In this document: positions 17,275 through 24,234 of the stretch, in pieces
How the letters are laid out: each line of letters starts with the position of its first letter
How positions within the stretch are numbered: the first letter of the stretch is position 1
Assembly: GCA_964587725.1 (NCBI GenBank)
Contig: CAZPLO010000018.1
Location: 1 to 26,356, forward strand
From: an uncultured archaeon
GTDB lineage: Archaea; Altiarchaeota; Altiarchaeia; IMC4; SCGC-AAA252-I15
Length of the DNA: 26,356 nucleotides
Direction: 5' to 3'
Made by a program: the position numbers and the translations under genes
The notes under the pieces: generated by a model
Databases searched by the model: none
Told to the model about the DNA's origin: nothing
What the model saw: the letters and a program-made list of their open reading frames with translations, nothing else

Positions 17275-18507
17275 TTACTCGTTCGCCTTGACTTTGACGT
17301 CATCGCCCAATCCTATGTAGTCTATCCTGCCCTCCCTCGCCAGCCAGCCTATGGCCATGAGGACGAGCTTGTCGTCTTTGCTGAGGTGGTCGCTGAGACG
17401 TTTCAGGCTCACCGGCTTGTCGGAGCCTTCGTGCAGTATCTGGCCAGCCACCTCCCCTATCCCGGCTATGACGTCTTTGGTCGACCCCCCGCTGATGAGC
17501 TCCTCCAGCAGCTCGTCCAAGTCCACGGACGCCACCGCTATTCTTTTGTCCGCTGCCCCGTAGTATACGTAGAGGCGGTCGTCAAACACCGCTGCGCCGC
17601 TGGGGAACACGACGTTGTTGACGTCCCCTGTCTTTTCATAGTCTTCGGTGGGCGAAAAAAGCGGGTGGCTGAGTCTGCCGATTACCTTCTGCGGGTCTTC
17701 TCTGTCCAGCAGCGCCGCGCTGGCGTGGTATACCTTGCCTTCGTCCGCGTCTTCGACGGCGTGGTATATGAGCAGCCACCCCTCGCTGGTTTCCACCGGC
17801 ACCGCGCCTCCGCCGATGTTCCGGGACTCGTACCAGTACTTTGACCGTAGCAGAAGGTTTTCTGAAAGGTGGCTGAGGTAGTCCCGCCAGTAGCCGTTGG
17901 TTAATTGGCCGAGGTCGTCCGCGTACGCAATCTGTATGTCCGGGAGTATCCGGTGCATAAAAGCCATCCTCCCGTTTATCCTCTTGGGGAAGATGAAGGC
18001 GTCCTTCTCCCACAGCAGTACGTCGTCGCCCATGACGTCCTTGTAGTATGACTCGAAAAAGAAGTACTTCTCCTTCAATTTCAGTCTCGACCTACGGAAG
18101 AAGTCCTCCGCCTCGTCGTACGACATCTGCGGGGACACAACCCCCTTTTTCTCGAAGCTGACGAGGTCCTTGCTCTCGGCGTAGGCGGCGAGAGCGTTCT
18201 TCCCGTCGTATGCCGTGTAGAACAGGTAGTATGTGCCGTCGAGTTCCACTATCCGGGGGTCCTCTAAACCTTTTTTTTCGTAGTCGTGTTCCGGCTCCAA
18301 AACAGGCTTATCCAGTCTTTCGACCACGTTCATGGGGCCGTCGAGTTTGCAGTAGCCTATGGTGGAGTTGTTTCCTTCTCTGACGGCTCGGTAGAACATG
18401 TGCACCACCTCTCCCTTGCGGAGGACGGTGGGGTTCAGCACGGCCTGGTTCTCGAACTCGCGGCCGGTGCTCTCCAGTATCACCCCCTCCTTACGGACGT
18501 CAACCAC
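17275..18507 (-). CDS. GH130-family mannoside phosphorylase/hydrolase with C-terminal DUF2582-like winged helix
   Basis: VLNP, YRAV, GLEDPRIV, YTAYDG, KDAFIFP, HRI.P.I, IGGGAVP, WLLIYH, GDVNNVVFPSG, YYGAAD; tail IGEVAGQI...MAIGWLAREGRI. GTG 18507 has GGAGGG 6 nt upstream. Confidence 0.85.
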   Translation of the reverse strand: MVDVRKEGVILESTGREFENQAVLNPTVLRKGEVVHMFYRAVREGNNSTIGYCKLDGPMNVVERLDKPVLEPEHDYEKKGLEDPRIVELDGTYYLFYTAYDGKNALAAYAESKDLVSFEKKGVVSPQMSYDEAEDFFRRSRLKLKEKYFFFESYYKDVMGDDVLLWEKDAFIFPKRINGRMAFMHRILPDIQIAYADDLGQLTNGYWRDYLSHLSENLLLRSKYWYESRNIGGGAVPVETSEGWLLIYHAVEDADEGKVYHASAALLDREDPQKVIGRLSHPLFSPTEDYEKTGDVNNVVFPSGAAVFDDRLYVYYGAADKRIAVASVDLDELLEELISGGSTKDVIAGIGEVAGQILHEGSDKPVSLKRLSDHLSKDDKLVLMAIGWLAREGRIDYIGLGDDVKVKANE

Positions 18508-18850
18508 CGCCGTCCCTCCCGTAGTCGTCTTCCAGCCGGACGACGTCGTCCAATTCGGTGGTGCTGACCTCCAAAATCCTGCTATCCTCAACCGCCTCCA
18601 CCCTGTGTCGGGTCCCCGGCGTTATTGTAACCGCCCTGCCGGCTCCAACAACCTCTGTTTTATCACCCAGGGTGAGCTTCAGCCTGCCGTCCAACACGTA
18701 CATGGTCTCCTTCTTTTTCTCATGGTATTGGAGGCTCAGCCGCTGCCCCGCGTTGACTTCGAGTATCTTGCCCACGTACTCGTCCTCCAACGCGAAGTGT
18801 ATCTCACGCCCCCAGGGCTTATCCACCACTTTGACGTCGCTGTAGTCCAT
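18500..18850 (-). CDS. Cupin-domain protein, mannose-6-phosphate isomerase type II-like
   Basis: VDKPWG, GQRLSLQYHEKKKET, HRVEA, DDVVRLEDDYGR. TATA-like TTATTATA (18883-18876) favours ATG 18850 over 18859. Confidence 0.8.
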   Translation of the reverse strand: MDYSDVKVVDKPWGREIHFALEDEYVGKILEVNAGQRLSLQYHEKKKETMYVLDGRLKLTLGDKTEVVGAGRAVTITPGTRHRVEAVEDSRILEVSTTELDDVVRLEDDYGRDGGG

Positions 18851-18956
18851 AGTCGGCATCTATACTTAGATAAGCTATAATAAGAGCCCGCTCCCGCCGG
18901 CTGAGTTGTTTTTTAACCCTGGATTCTTAAGGATAAGCCGAGTCTATATTCCACAC

Positions 18957-19002
18957 CCCACTGGGGTCTGGCGGACATAACACTCCGCCAGATCCTCTTG
19001 GG
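18957..19002 (+). promoter_or_regulatory. Strong RNA hairpin in a probable 5' leader
   Basis: 13-bp stem 18963-18975/18984-18996 (two G-U), 8-nt loop CAUAACAC, extended by 18957-18960/18999-19002. TATA-like TTTTTTAAC at ~18909-18917. Confidence 0.55.
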
Positions 19003-19020
19003 TTGAGGCAGGTGGTTCAT

Positions 19021-19197
19021 TTGAAGGCGACGGTTTTGATTGTTTTGGCGCTGGTCCTGCTGGCTTCAGGGTGCATGTGCTGCTGCTGCGGAGGCCCCTC
19101 CGGACCAGACTACTACGACTACGATTACTCGGTGGGGGACGTCAGCCCGGAATACGGTTCGCAGACCCCGTCAGCAGACTTAGGGAATTCGGATTAA
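19021..19197 (+). CDS. Small predicted lipoprotein with poly-Cys motif (58 aa)
   Basis: MKATVLIVLALVLLASG-CMCCCCGG: basic N-terminus, hydrophobic core, lipobox-like LASGC. AGGTGG SD before TTG 19021 (TTG 19003 is the alternative). Confidence 0.55.
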   Translation: MKATVLIVLALVLLASGCMCCCCGGPSGPDYYDYDYSVGDVSPEYGSQTPSADLGNSD

Positions 19198-19209
19198 ACA
19201 CGGGGTGTT

Positions 19210-19812
19210 CTGAAAATCAACCAGATACTCAGCCTCGCATTCTACCTGCTGGCGCTGATAAACCCCATCAGCAAGGTATTCATACTGTCGGTGATGTTCA
19301 AGGGAACCGAATCCCGTGACATAAGGGCGATAGCGGTCAAGTCGTCGGCTATAGCGTTCCTCCTGCTCCTGACTTTGGCTGTCGCAGGGAACCTGCTGTT
19401 CACGGAACTATTCCACGTCGAACTCTACTCCCTCAAGGTGGCTGGCGGCATAGTCCTGTTCTACATGGGTTTCAGGGCCGTAGACAGGGGCGTGTTCTTC
19501 GAGGTCCGGGAGAACCAGCGCCTCGAAGACCTTTCCATAGTCCCCCTGGCGTCGCCGTTGATTGCCGGCCCCGCCACCATAACCGCGGTCCTGTCATTCA
19601 GCCTCGACCATGGCCTGCCCGTAGCGTCGGCTGCCATGGCCGTCGCCGTGGCCGCTAACCTGCTGTTCATGCTCGCTTCCAGACGCATCGGCTCGTTCCT
19701 GCTGGCCAACAACCTCATGGGGGCGCTGATACGCATCACAGGCTTGGTTGTGACCACCATAGCTGTGCAGATGATTCTGTCCGGCGTCGGCGACTGGTTC
19801 CTGTTCCTGTAG
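19210..19812 (+). CDS. MarC-family integral membrane protein (start codon uncertain, apparently non-canonical)
   Basis: FYLLALINPIS (TM1, upstream of the ORF-track start), KVAGGIVLF, VPLASPLIAGPATIT, RITGL...IAVQMILSG. Confidence 0.8.
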   Translation: MKINQILSLAFYLLALINPISKVFILSVMFKGTESRDIRAIAVKSSAIAFLLLLTLAVAGNLLFTELFHVELYSLKVAGGIVLFYMGFRAVDRGVFFEVRENQRLEDLSIVPLASPLIAGPATITAVLSFSLDHGLPVASAAMAVAVAANLLFMLASRRIGSFLLANNLMGALIRITGLVVTTIAVQMILSGVGDWFLFL

Positions 19813-19841
19813 TTATTACCGTCGGTTCACATTATCGTGTA

Positions 19842-20252
19842 ATGCGTTCCGCCGTCGTTTTAATGGTGCTGTTGTCGGCTTGCGTTTCACAGGACAACAC
19901 GCCGTCCTTCACCGCATCAGGTTTTGAGAAACTCACGGTCTCGGAGGCTGAATATTACCCCAACGGAGCTTTCACTGTGGAGTTCGTGAACGCCGTGGGC
20001 GCTGACATTAAAGTGGTTGGGGCATCCATGTCCCATAAATCCGGGCAGTGCGCATTGAATCCTCCCTCTAACCCGGTTCCACCCGGCGAGTCATTCTCTC
20101 TCACCTCCCCGGGTTGCGGCACCAAATCCGTCGGCGACGGATACGAGGCGGACGTGAAACTGACGTATAAGATGAATCTTGGCGGTGAAACCGTCACATC
20201 AGAGGAATACGGCGTAATCAAGGGTTCCGTGCAGCCTTTCGCCGTTAAATAA
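19842..20252 (+). CDS. Predicted lipoprotein with beta-rich, pilin-like extracellular domain
   Basis: Short hydrophobic leader ending LSAC; T.SGF, F.N..G..I, two further Cys, terminal E.G.I.G.V pattern. Confidence 0.65.
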   Translation: MRSAVVLMVLLSACVSQDNTPSFTASGFEKLTVSEAEYYPNGAFTVEFVNAVGADIKVVGASMSHKSGQCALNPPSNPVPPGESFSLTSPGCGTKSVGDGYEADVKLTYKMNLGGETVTSEEYGVIKGSVQPFAVK

Positions 20253-20256
20253 AACA

Positions 20257-20274
20257 TTTCGGTCTACACCGAAA
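20257..20274. promoter_or_regulatory. Palindromic operator candidate upstream of the ArsR-like regulator
   Basis: Perfect 7-4-7 inverted repeat TTTCGGT-ctac-ACCGAAA, followed by a BRE-like A-rich stretch and TTTTTAT (20289-20295), with ATG at 20316. Confidence 0.55.
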
Positions 20275-20315
20275 CAAACCAAAAGCCCTTTTTATGCGTT
20301 TACAATTATTATTCC

Positions 20316-21005
20316 ATGAGCGACAAACTCACCCTGGACAGGGAAACCTTCAAGGTGCTGGCTGCGGACACCCGCATAGACATTCTGAAGCGGCTGAGCG
20401 AGCACAAGCTCACACTCACCGATTTGTCGGAGCGTATGGGTATGAGCCCCTCCACAATCAAGGAACACCTGGACCGCCTGGTGGAGGTGGGGTTGATTGA
20501 GCAGATGGACCGCGGCACCAAATGGAAGTACTACCGCCTCACCTCCAAGGGAAAGGACATTGTGAGTCCTCAGGAGACGAAGGTCTGGATTCTGCTTGGG
20601 ACGTCGCTGCTGGTTATGGCTGGCGCCGCCCTCTCACTGTTCACCAAACTCGGGTCCTACACCATGGCGGCGGCAAAGCCCCTCCAGGCTCCACTATTCG
20701 AAGAAACCGCTCCGCGGATGATGCTCGCCGTAAACGACTCCCCCACCACATTAACCGGGCCCCCGTTTGATAAGGCGGTGGAATACGGCCTCCGCGCCGC
20801 CGGCGGAGTGATGGACAATGTCACATCAACCACCCTGGCCGAGGACATGGGAGTTCAGGCGACGCCAACAACGTTGCTGCCGCGTATGGTTGAGTCGGCT
20901 GCGCTGCATCTTCCCTGGCTGGAACTCACCATCATAGGGTTGTGTCTGCTGGCGTTCGGCTACTGCATGGGCCGGATTATGAGGAAGAGGGTTACGGTCG
21001 CTTGA
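20316..21005 (+). CDS. Membrane-anchored ArsR-family winged-helix transcription regulator
   Basis: FKVLAADTRIDILKRL, LTDLSE..GMSPSTIKEHLDRL, KWKYYRLT.KG, then two TM helices flanking a Thr/Pro-rich loop. Confidence 0.85.
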   Translation: MSDKLTLDRETFKVLAADTRIDILKRLSEHKLTLTDLSERMGMSPSTIKEHLDRLVEVGLIEQMDRGTKWKYYRLTSKGKDIVSPQETKVWILLGTSLLVMAGAALSLFTKLGSYTMAAAKPLQAPLFEETAPRMMLAVNDSPTTLTGPPFDKAVEYGLRAAGGVMDNVTSTTLAEDMGVQATPTTLLPRMVESAALHLPWLELTIIGLCLLAFGYCMGRIMRKRVTVA

Positions 21006-21345
21006 ACGCTATTTTGTCTCCTGGGACGGTCCCGTTTATGTCCCCTAAGCCAACCTCCACCACGTATTTCGCGGGGGCTGAGGGCCGGTGCAGTCTCCAC
21101 CATGAAGGCTTCACATTCCTTCTCACGTCAACCACTTCCATATCGGAGTTAACCCACACAACGTCTATGGGATGGAGCATGAACATCATGTGTATGGTGG
21201 CGTCGACGATGCTGTCCCGGCGGCCGGCCAAGACCACGTTCTTCCCATGTGAAAGCATGAGTCCCCGGAACCTCCCCCAGAAGCTGCTGCGGTACTCTGC
21301 CTCGCATATGGTGAATCCCCTGGTTTCGTTCACGACATCCATCAT
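20992..21345 (-). CDS. DUF192 (UPF0127) family protein
   Basis: RFRGLM, IHMMFMLHPIDVVWV, VKP, AKYVVEV. Confidence 0.8.
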   Translation of the reverse strand: MMDVVNETRGFTICEAEYRSSFWGRFRGLMLSHGKNVVLAGRRDSIVDATIHMMFMLHPIDVVWVNSDMEVVDVRRNVKPSWWRLHRPSAPAKYVVEVGLGDINGTVPGDKIAFKRP

Positions 21346-21372
21346 TTAATTATGGAGTCCCATCTTTAACTT

Positions 21373-22041
21373 ATGGGCCTCATATGCGTGTCTTTGACGG
21401 AGAAAACACTGGATTCCACGGTCGAGTTAGCCAATACGCTGGACTGCGATTTGGTGGAGGTCCGACTAGACTACCTGGACAGGGTGTCGGACATAAGCCG
21501 CCTAGGCGACATCCGCAACTCCGTCATGGTGACCTGCATGCCCGAGTGGGAAGGCGGCCTTTTCAAGGGGTTGGAGGAGGAGCGAATGAAACTCCTGAAG
21601 TCCGCATTGGAGTACGCCGACTACGTGAGCGTGGAGTTGAAGACCGAAGCCCGGTTCAGGGACCGCCTGCTGACCGAGGCAGGGCAGAAGGGTGTGAAGG
21701 TGGTGATGGCATTCCACGACTTCAAATCAACCCCGCCCCGCCATGAAATAGTCGAGTTGATTGAGAAGATGGAGGAGGCTTGCGCAGACATAGCAAAGGT
21801 GGCGTTCGCAGTGAAAGAGCCCTCGGAGGCACTGGACATACTGAAGGCCCAGGTAACTGCAGACGTGAAGATACCGGTGATAGCGTTGGGTATGGGCGAA
21901 GTCGGCAGGGTCACGCGTGTTGTGGGGCCGATGCTCGGCGGCTACCTAACCTTCGCAGCACCCTCCAGAGACCGTAGGGCGGTCGCGGGCCAGTACACGC
22001 TGGAGGAGATGAAAGCAGTGAAGGAGCTTCTGTGGAGATGA
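21373..22041 (+). CDS. aroD: Type I 3-dehydroquinate dehydratase
   Basis: EVRLD, EGG, HDFKSTP, ADIAK (Schiff-base Lys), MGE.G.VTR, GQ. Confidence 0.9.
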   Translation: MGLICVSLTEKTLDSTVELANTLDCDLVEVRLDYLDRVSDISRLGDIRNSVMVTCMPEWEGGLFKGLEEERMKLLKSALEYADYVSVELKTEARFRDRLLTEAGQKGVKVVMAFHDFKSTPPRHEIVELIEKMEEACADIAKVAFAVKEPSEALDILKAQVTADVKIPVIALGMGEVGRVTRVVGPMLGGYLTFAAPSRDRRAVAGQYTLEEMKAVKELLWR

Positions 22042-22685
22042 AAATCGTAGAGCCGGACTTCGACCGCATGACCCGGTGCGGAATCCCCGAGGTGGTGTAC
22101 GGCGAATACAAGACCGCCCAGCAGCTGAGGGAGATAGCCGCCGAATACCTGGGCCTCTGCGGCCGGATGATAGCCACAAAGACAGGGCCTGAAAAGGCGG
22201 AGGCTGTGTTAAAGGCCTACCCGGACCACAGTTCATACTACAGCGAATCCGCGGGCGTGCTGGTGGTCAAAGACAGAGACTACACGATAGACCCGGCCGG
22301 CACGGTGGGCGTCATCACCGCTGGCACGTCCGACGTCCCGGTGGCGGAGGAGGCCCGCATCATACTGGAGGAGCTCGGATGTTCGGTCACAACAGCCTAC
22401 GATGTCGGCGTAGCCGGCGTCCACAGACTCTATCCGGCGTTGGAGAAGATGAAGGACGTCCGCGCCCTAATCGTGGTCGCGGGCATGGAAGGCGCCCTCC
22501 CCTCCGTAGTATCGGGGCTGGTGGACGTCCCCGTCATAGGCGTACCCACATCAGTCGGGTACGGTGTGGGTCGAGGAGGGAGGGTGGCGTTGGAGTCCAT
22601 GCTCACATCCTGCGCGCCGGTGGCGGTAGTCAACATAGACAACGGCTACGGCGCAGCAGTACTAGCGTACCAGATTTCAAAATGA
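22038..22685 (+). CDS. larB: Nickel-pincer cofactor biosynthesis protein LarB (AIR-carboxylase-like)
   Basis: DFDR..RCGIPEVVYGE.K, TAGTSDVPVAEEA, DVGVAGVHRL, VAGMEGALPSVV.GL, PTSVGYG, VVNIDNGYGAA. ATGA overlap with aroD. Confidence 0.92.
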   Translation: MKIVEPDFDRMTRCGIPEVVYGEYKTAQQLREIAAEYLGLCGRMIATKTGPEKAEAVLKAYPDHSSYYSESAGVLVVKDRDYTIDPAGTVGVITAGTSDVPVAEEARIILEELGCSVTTAYDVGVAGVHRLYPALEKMKDVRALIVVAGMEGALPSVVSGLVDVPVIGVPTSVGYGVGRGGRVALESMLTSCAPVAVVNIDNGYGAAVLAYQISK

Positions 22686-23152
22686 ATGCGGATGATGTGA
22701 TAGCATTGTTGAAGGAGGCGAAGGTGGAGGAGGCGTTGGGGGCAGCCGACAAAGTCGAAGACAAGAGAGAGATGGCTGAGAAGTTGACGGAGTTCGCCGG
22801 CACCCTCAACTACCTGAAAGGCCATGACATCATAGCGGAGGTGTTGCTCAAAAAATCCCTGCTACTCTATTACGACTACGCCCCCACCCACTACAACCTC
22901 GGCGTCCTGTACACCAACATACCCAAACTGATTGAAGACGAAGGCAACACCGAAAGGGCGGAGCTGGCTTACAAGAACGCGCTGGAAATCGACCCGCACT
23001 TCCACGAGGCACGCTACAACCTGGCGATGCTCTACTACATGACGGGCAGGGTAGAGGAGGCTAGGAGAGAGTACGACAGAATATTGGAGGGTGTTGGCGA
23101 CACCATACGCTACCGTGAATTGGGTATGCTGCTGATGAAGGATGGGGGATGA
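22682..23152 (+). CDS. Tetratricopeptide-repeat protein
   Basis: APTHYNLGVLY and AYKNALEIDPHFHEARYNLAMLY TPR motifs. ATGA overlaps with both larB and larC fix the start at 22682. Confidence 0.82.
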   Translation: MNADDVIALLKEAKVEEALGAADKVEDKREMAEKLTEFAGTLNYLKGHDIIAEVLLKKSLLLYYDYAPTHYNLGVLYTNIPKLIEDEGNTERAELAYKNALEIDPHFHEARYNLAMLYYMTGRVEEARREYDRILEGVGDTIRYRELGMLLMKDGG

Positions 23153-24234
23153 TACACCTAGACTGTCAGTCGGGGCTGTCCGGCGACATGCTGGCCGGGG
23201 CGCTCCTGGATTTGGGCGCCGACTTCACCCGCATAAAGGAGATGCTTAAGCCCGTAGCCAAGGTGTCCTCCAAAAAAACAACCAAAAGGGGCGTTAAGGC
23301 GGTTAAATTCGACGTATCCTTCAAACCGGAATCCAGACAATACACCGGCTTAGTGAAGGCTGTCAAGTCACTGGGCCTTTCCAAAGAAACGGAGAAAATG
23401 TCCCTCCGCATTCTTAGGGTGCTGGCTGGGGCGGAGTCCGCAGTCCATGAAGTCCCCCTCAAAAAGGTGCACCTGCATGAGGCCGCCGACTGTGTGGTGG
23501 ATTCCGGCGCAGTGTCACTGGCGCTGGAGGAATTGGGGGCATTAAACGACCCGTTCTCCTCCACGGTAGTGTCATGTGGTCCCCTGGCCCCGGCCACCCA
23601 ACATATCGTCCGCGAATACGGCATCCCCGTGAAGTTCATTTCAGACAAGGAGCTGCTGACTCCGACGGGCGCGGCATTATTGGCTGCGTTGAACCCCGTC
23701 TACCAGACGATGGAGTACTCCGGCGCCGGTGTGGGTGCAGGCTCCATGAACCTGAAGCGGCCGAACGTCGTCTACGCCGCCCGCACACACCCGAAAGTCG
23801 TTCTTGAATCCAACATAGACGACTGCACCCCCGAACAGATTTCCCACATGACCTCCCGTCTCATGGACGGGGGCGCCTTGGACGTGCATGTGATGCCGTG
23901 CATGATGAAGAAGGGCCGCCTGGGTTTCCTGGTCCGCGTCCTCACAGACCAGCCCGAACAACACGCTTCGACGATAATGGCTGAAACCGGCTCCATAGGC
24001 GTCAGAGTCCATCCAGTAGAGTACCGGTTCGAGCTAGACCGGGAAATTAGAACGGTTAAGGTTAAATTCGGCAGAGTCCATGAGACAGTCAGGGTCAAGT
24101 TCACGCCGTTGGGCTACAAGCCGGAGTTCGACGACGTCAGCCGGCTGTCGAAAAAACACGGCCTCACATTCAGCGAGGCAGGGGATAAAATCGACTTTAA
24201 TCTCTCAGCTCGTTCAAAACAGCCTCCCGCATGA
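23149..24234 (+). CDS. larC: LarC-family nickel insertion protein (compact form)
   Basis: LDCQSGLSGDMLAGALLDLG, AES.VH...VHLHE, APAT, ELLTPTGAALL, ESNIDD, MKKGR, ETGSIGVR, KPEFDD. Confidence 0.88.
   Translation: MIHLDCQSGLSGDMLAGALLDLGADFTRIKEMLKPVAKVSSKKTTKRGVKAVKFDVSFKPESRQYTGLVKAVKSLGLSKETEKMSLRILRVLAGAESAVHEVPLKKVHLHEAADCVVDSGAVSLALEELGALNDPFSSTVVSCGPLAPATQHIVREYGIPVKFISDKELLTPTGAALLAALNPVYQTMEYSGAGVGAGSMNLKRPNVVYAARTHPKVVLESNIDDCTPEQISHMTSRLMDGGALDVHVMPCMMKKGRLGFLVRVLTDQPEQHASTIMAETGSIGVRVHPVEYRFELDREIRTVKVKFGRVHETVRVKFTPLGYKPEFDDVSRLSKKHGLTFSEAGDKIDFNLSARSKQPPA

Noticed and set aside
21373-22041. aroD as a pseudo-enzyme (TCM for TxR, YVSVE for YVDVE)
   Set aside because: The catalytic His and Lys and the substrate-binding Arg and Gln motifs are retained, so ordinary divergence is sufficient.
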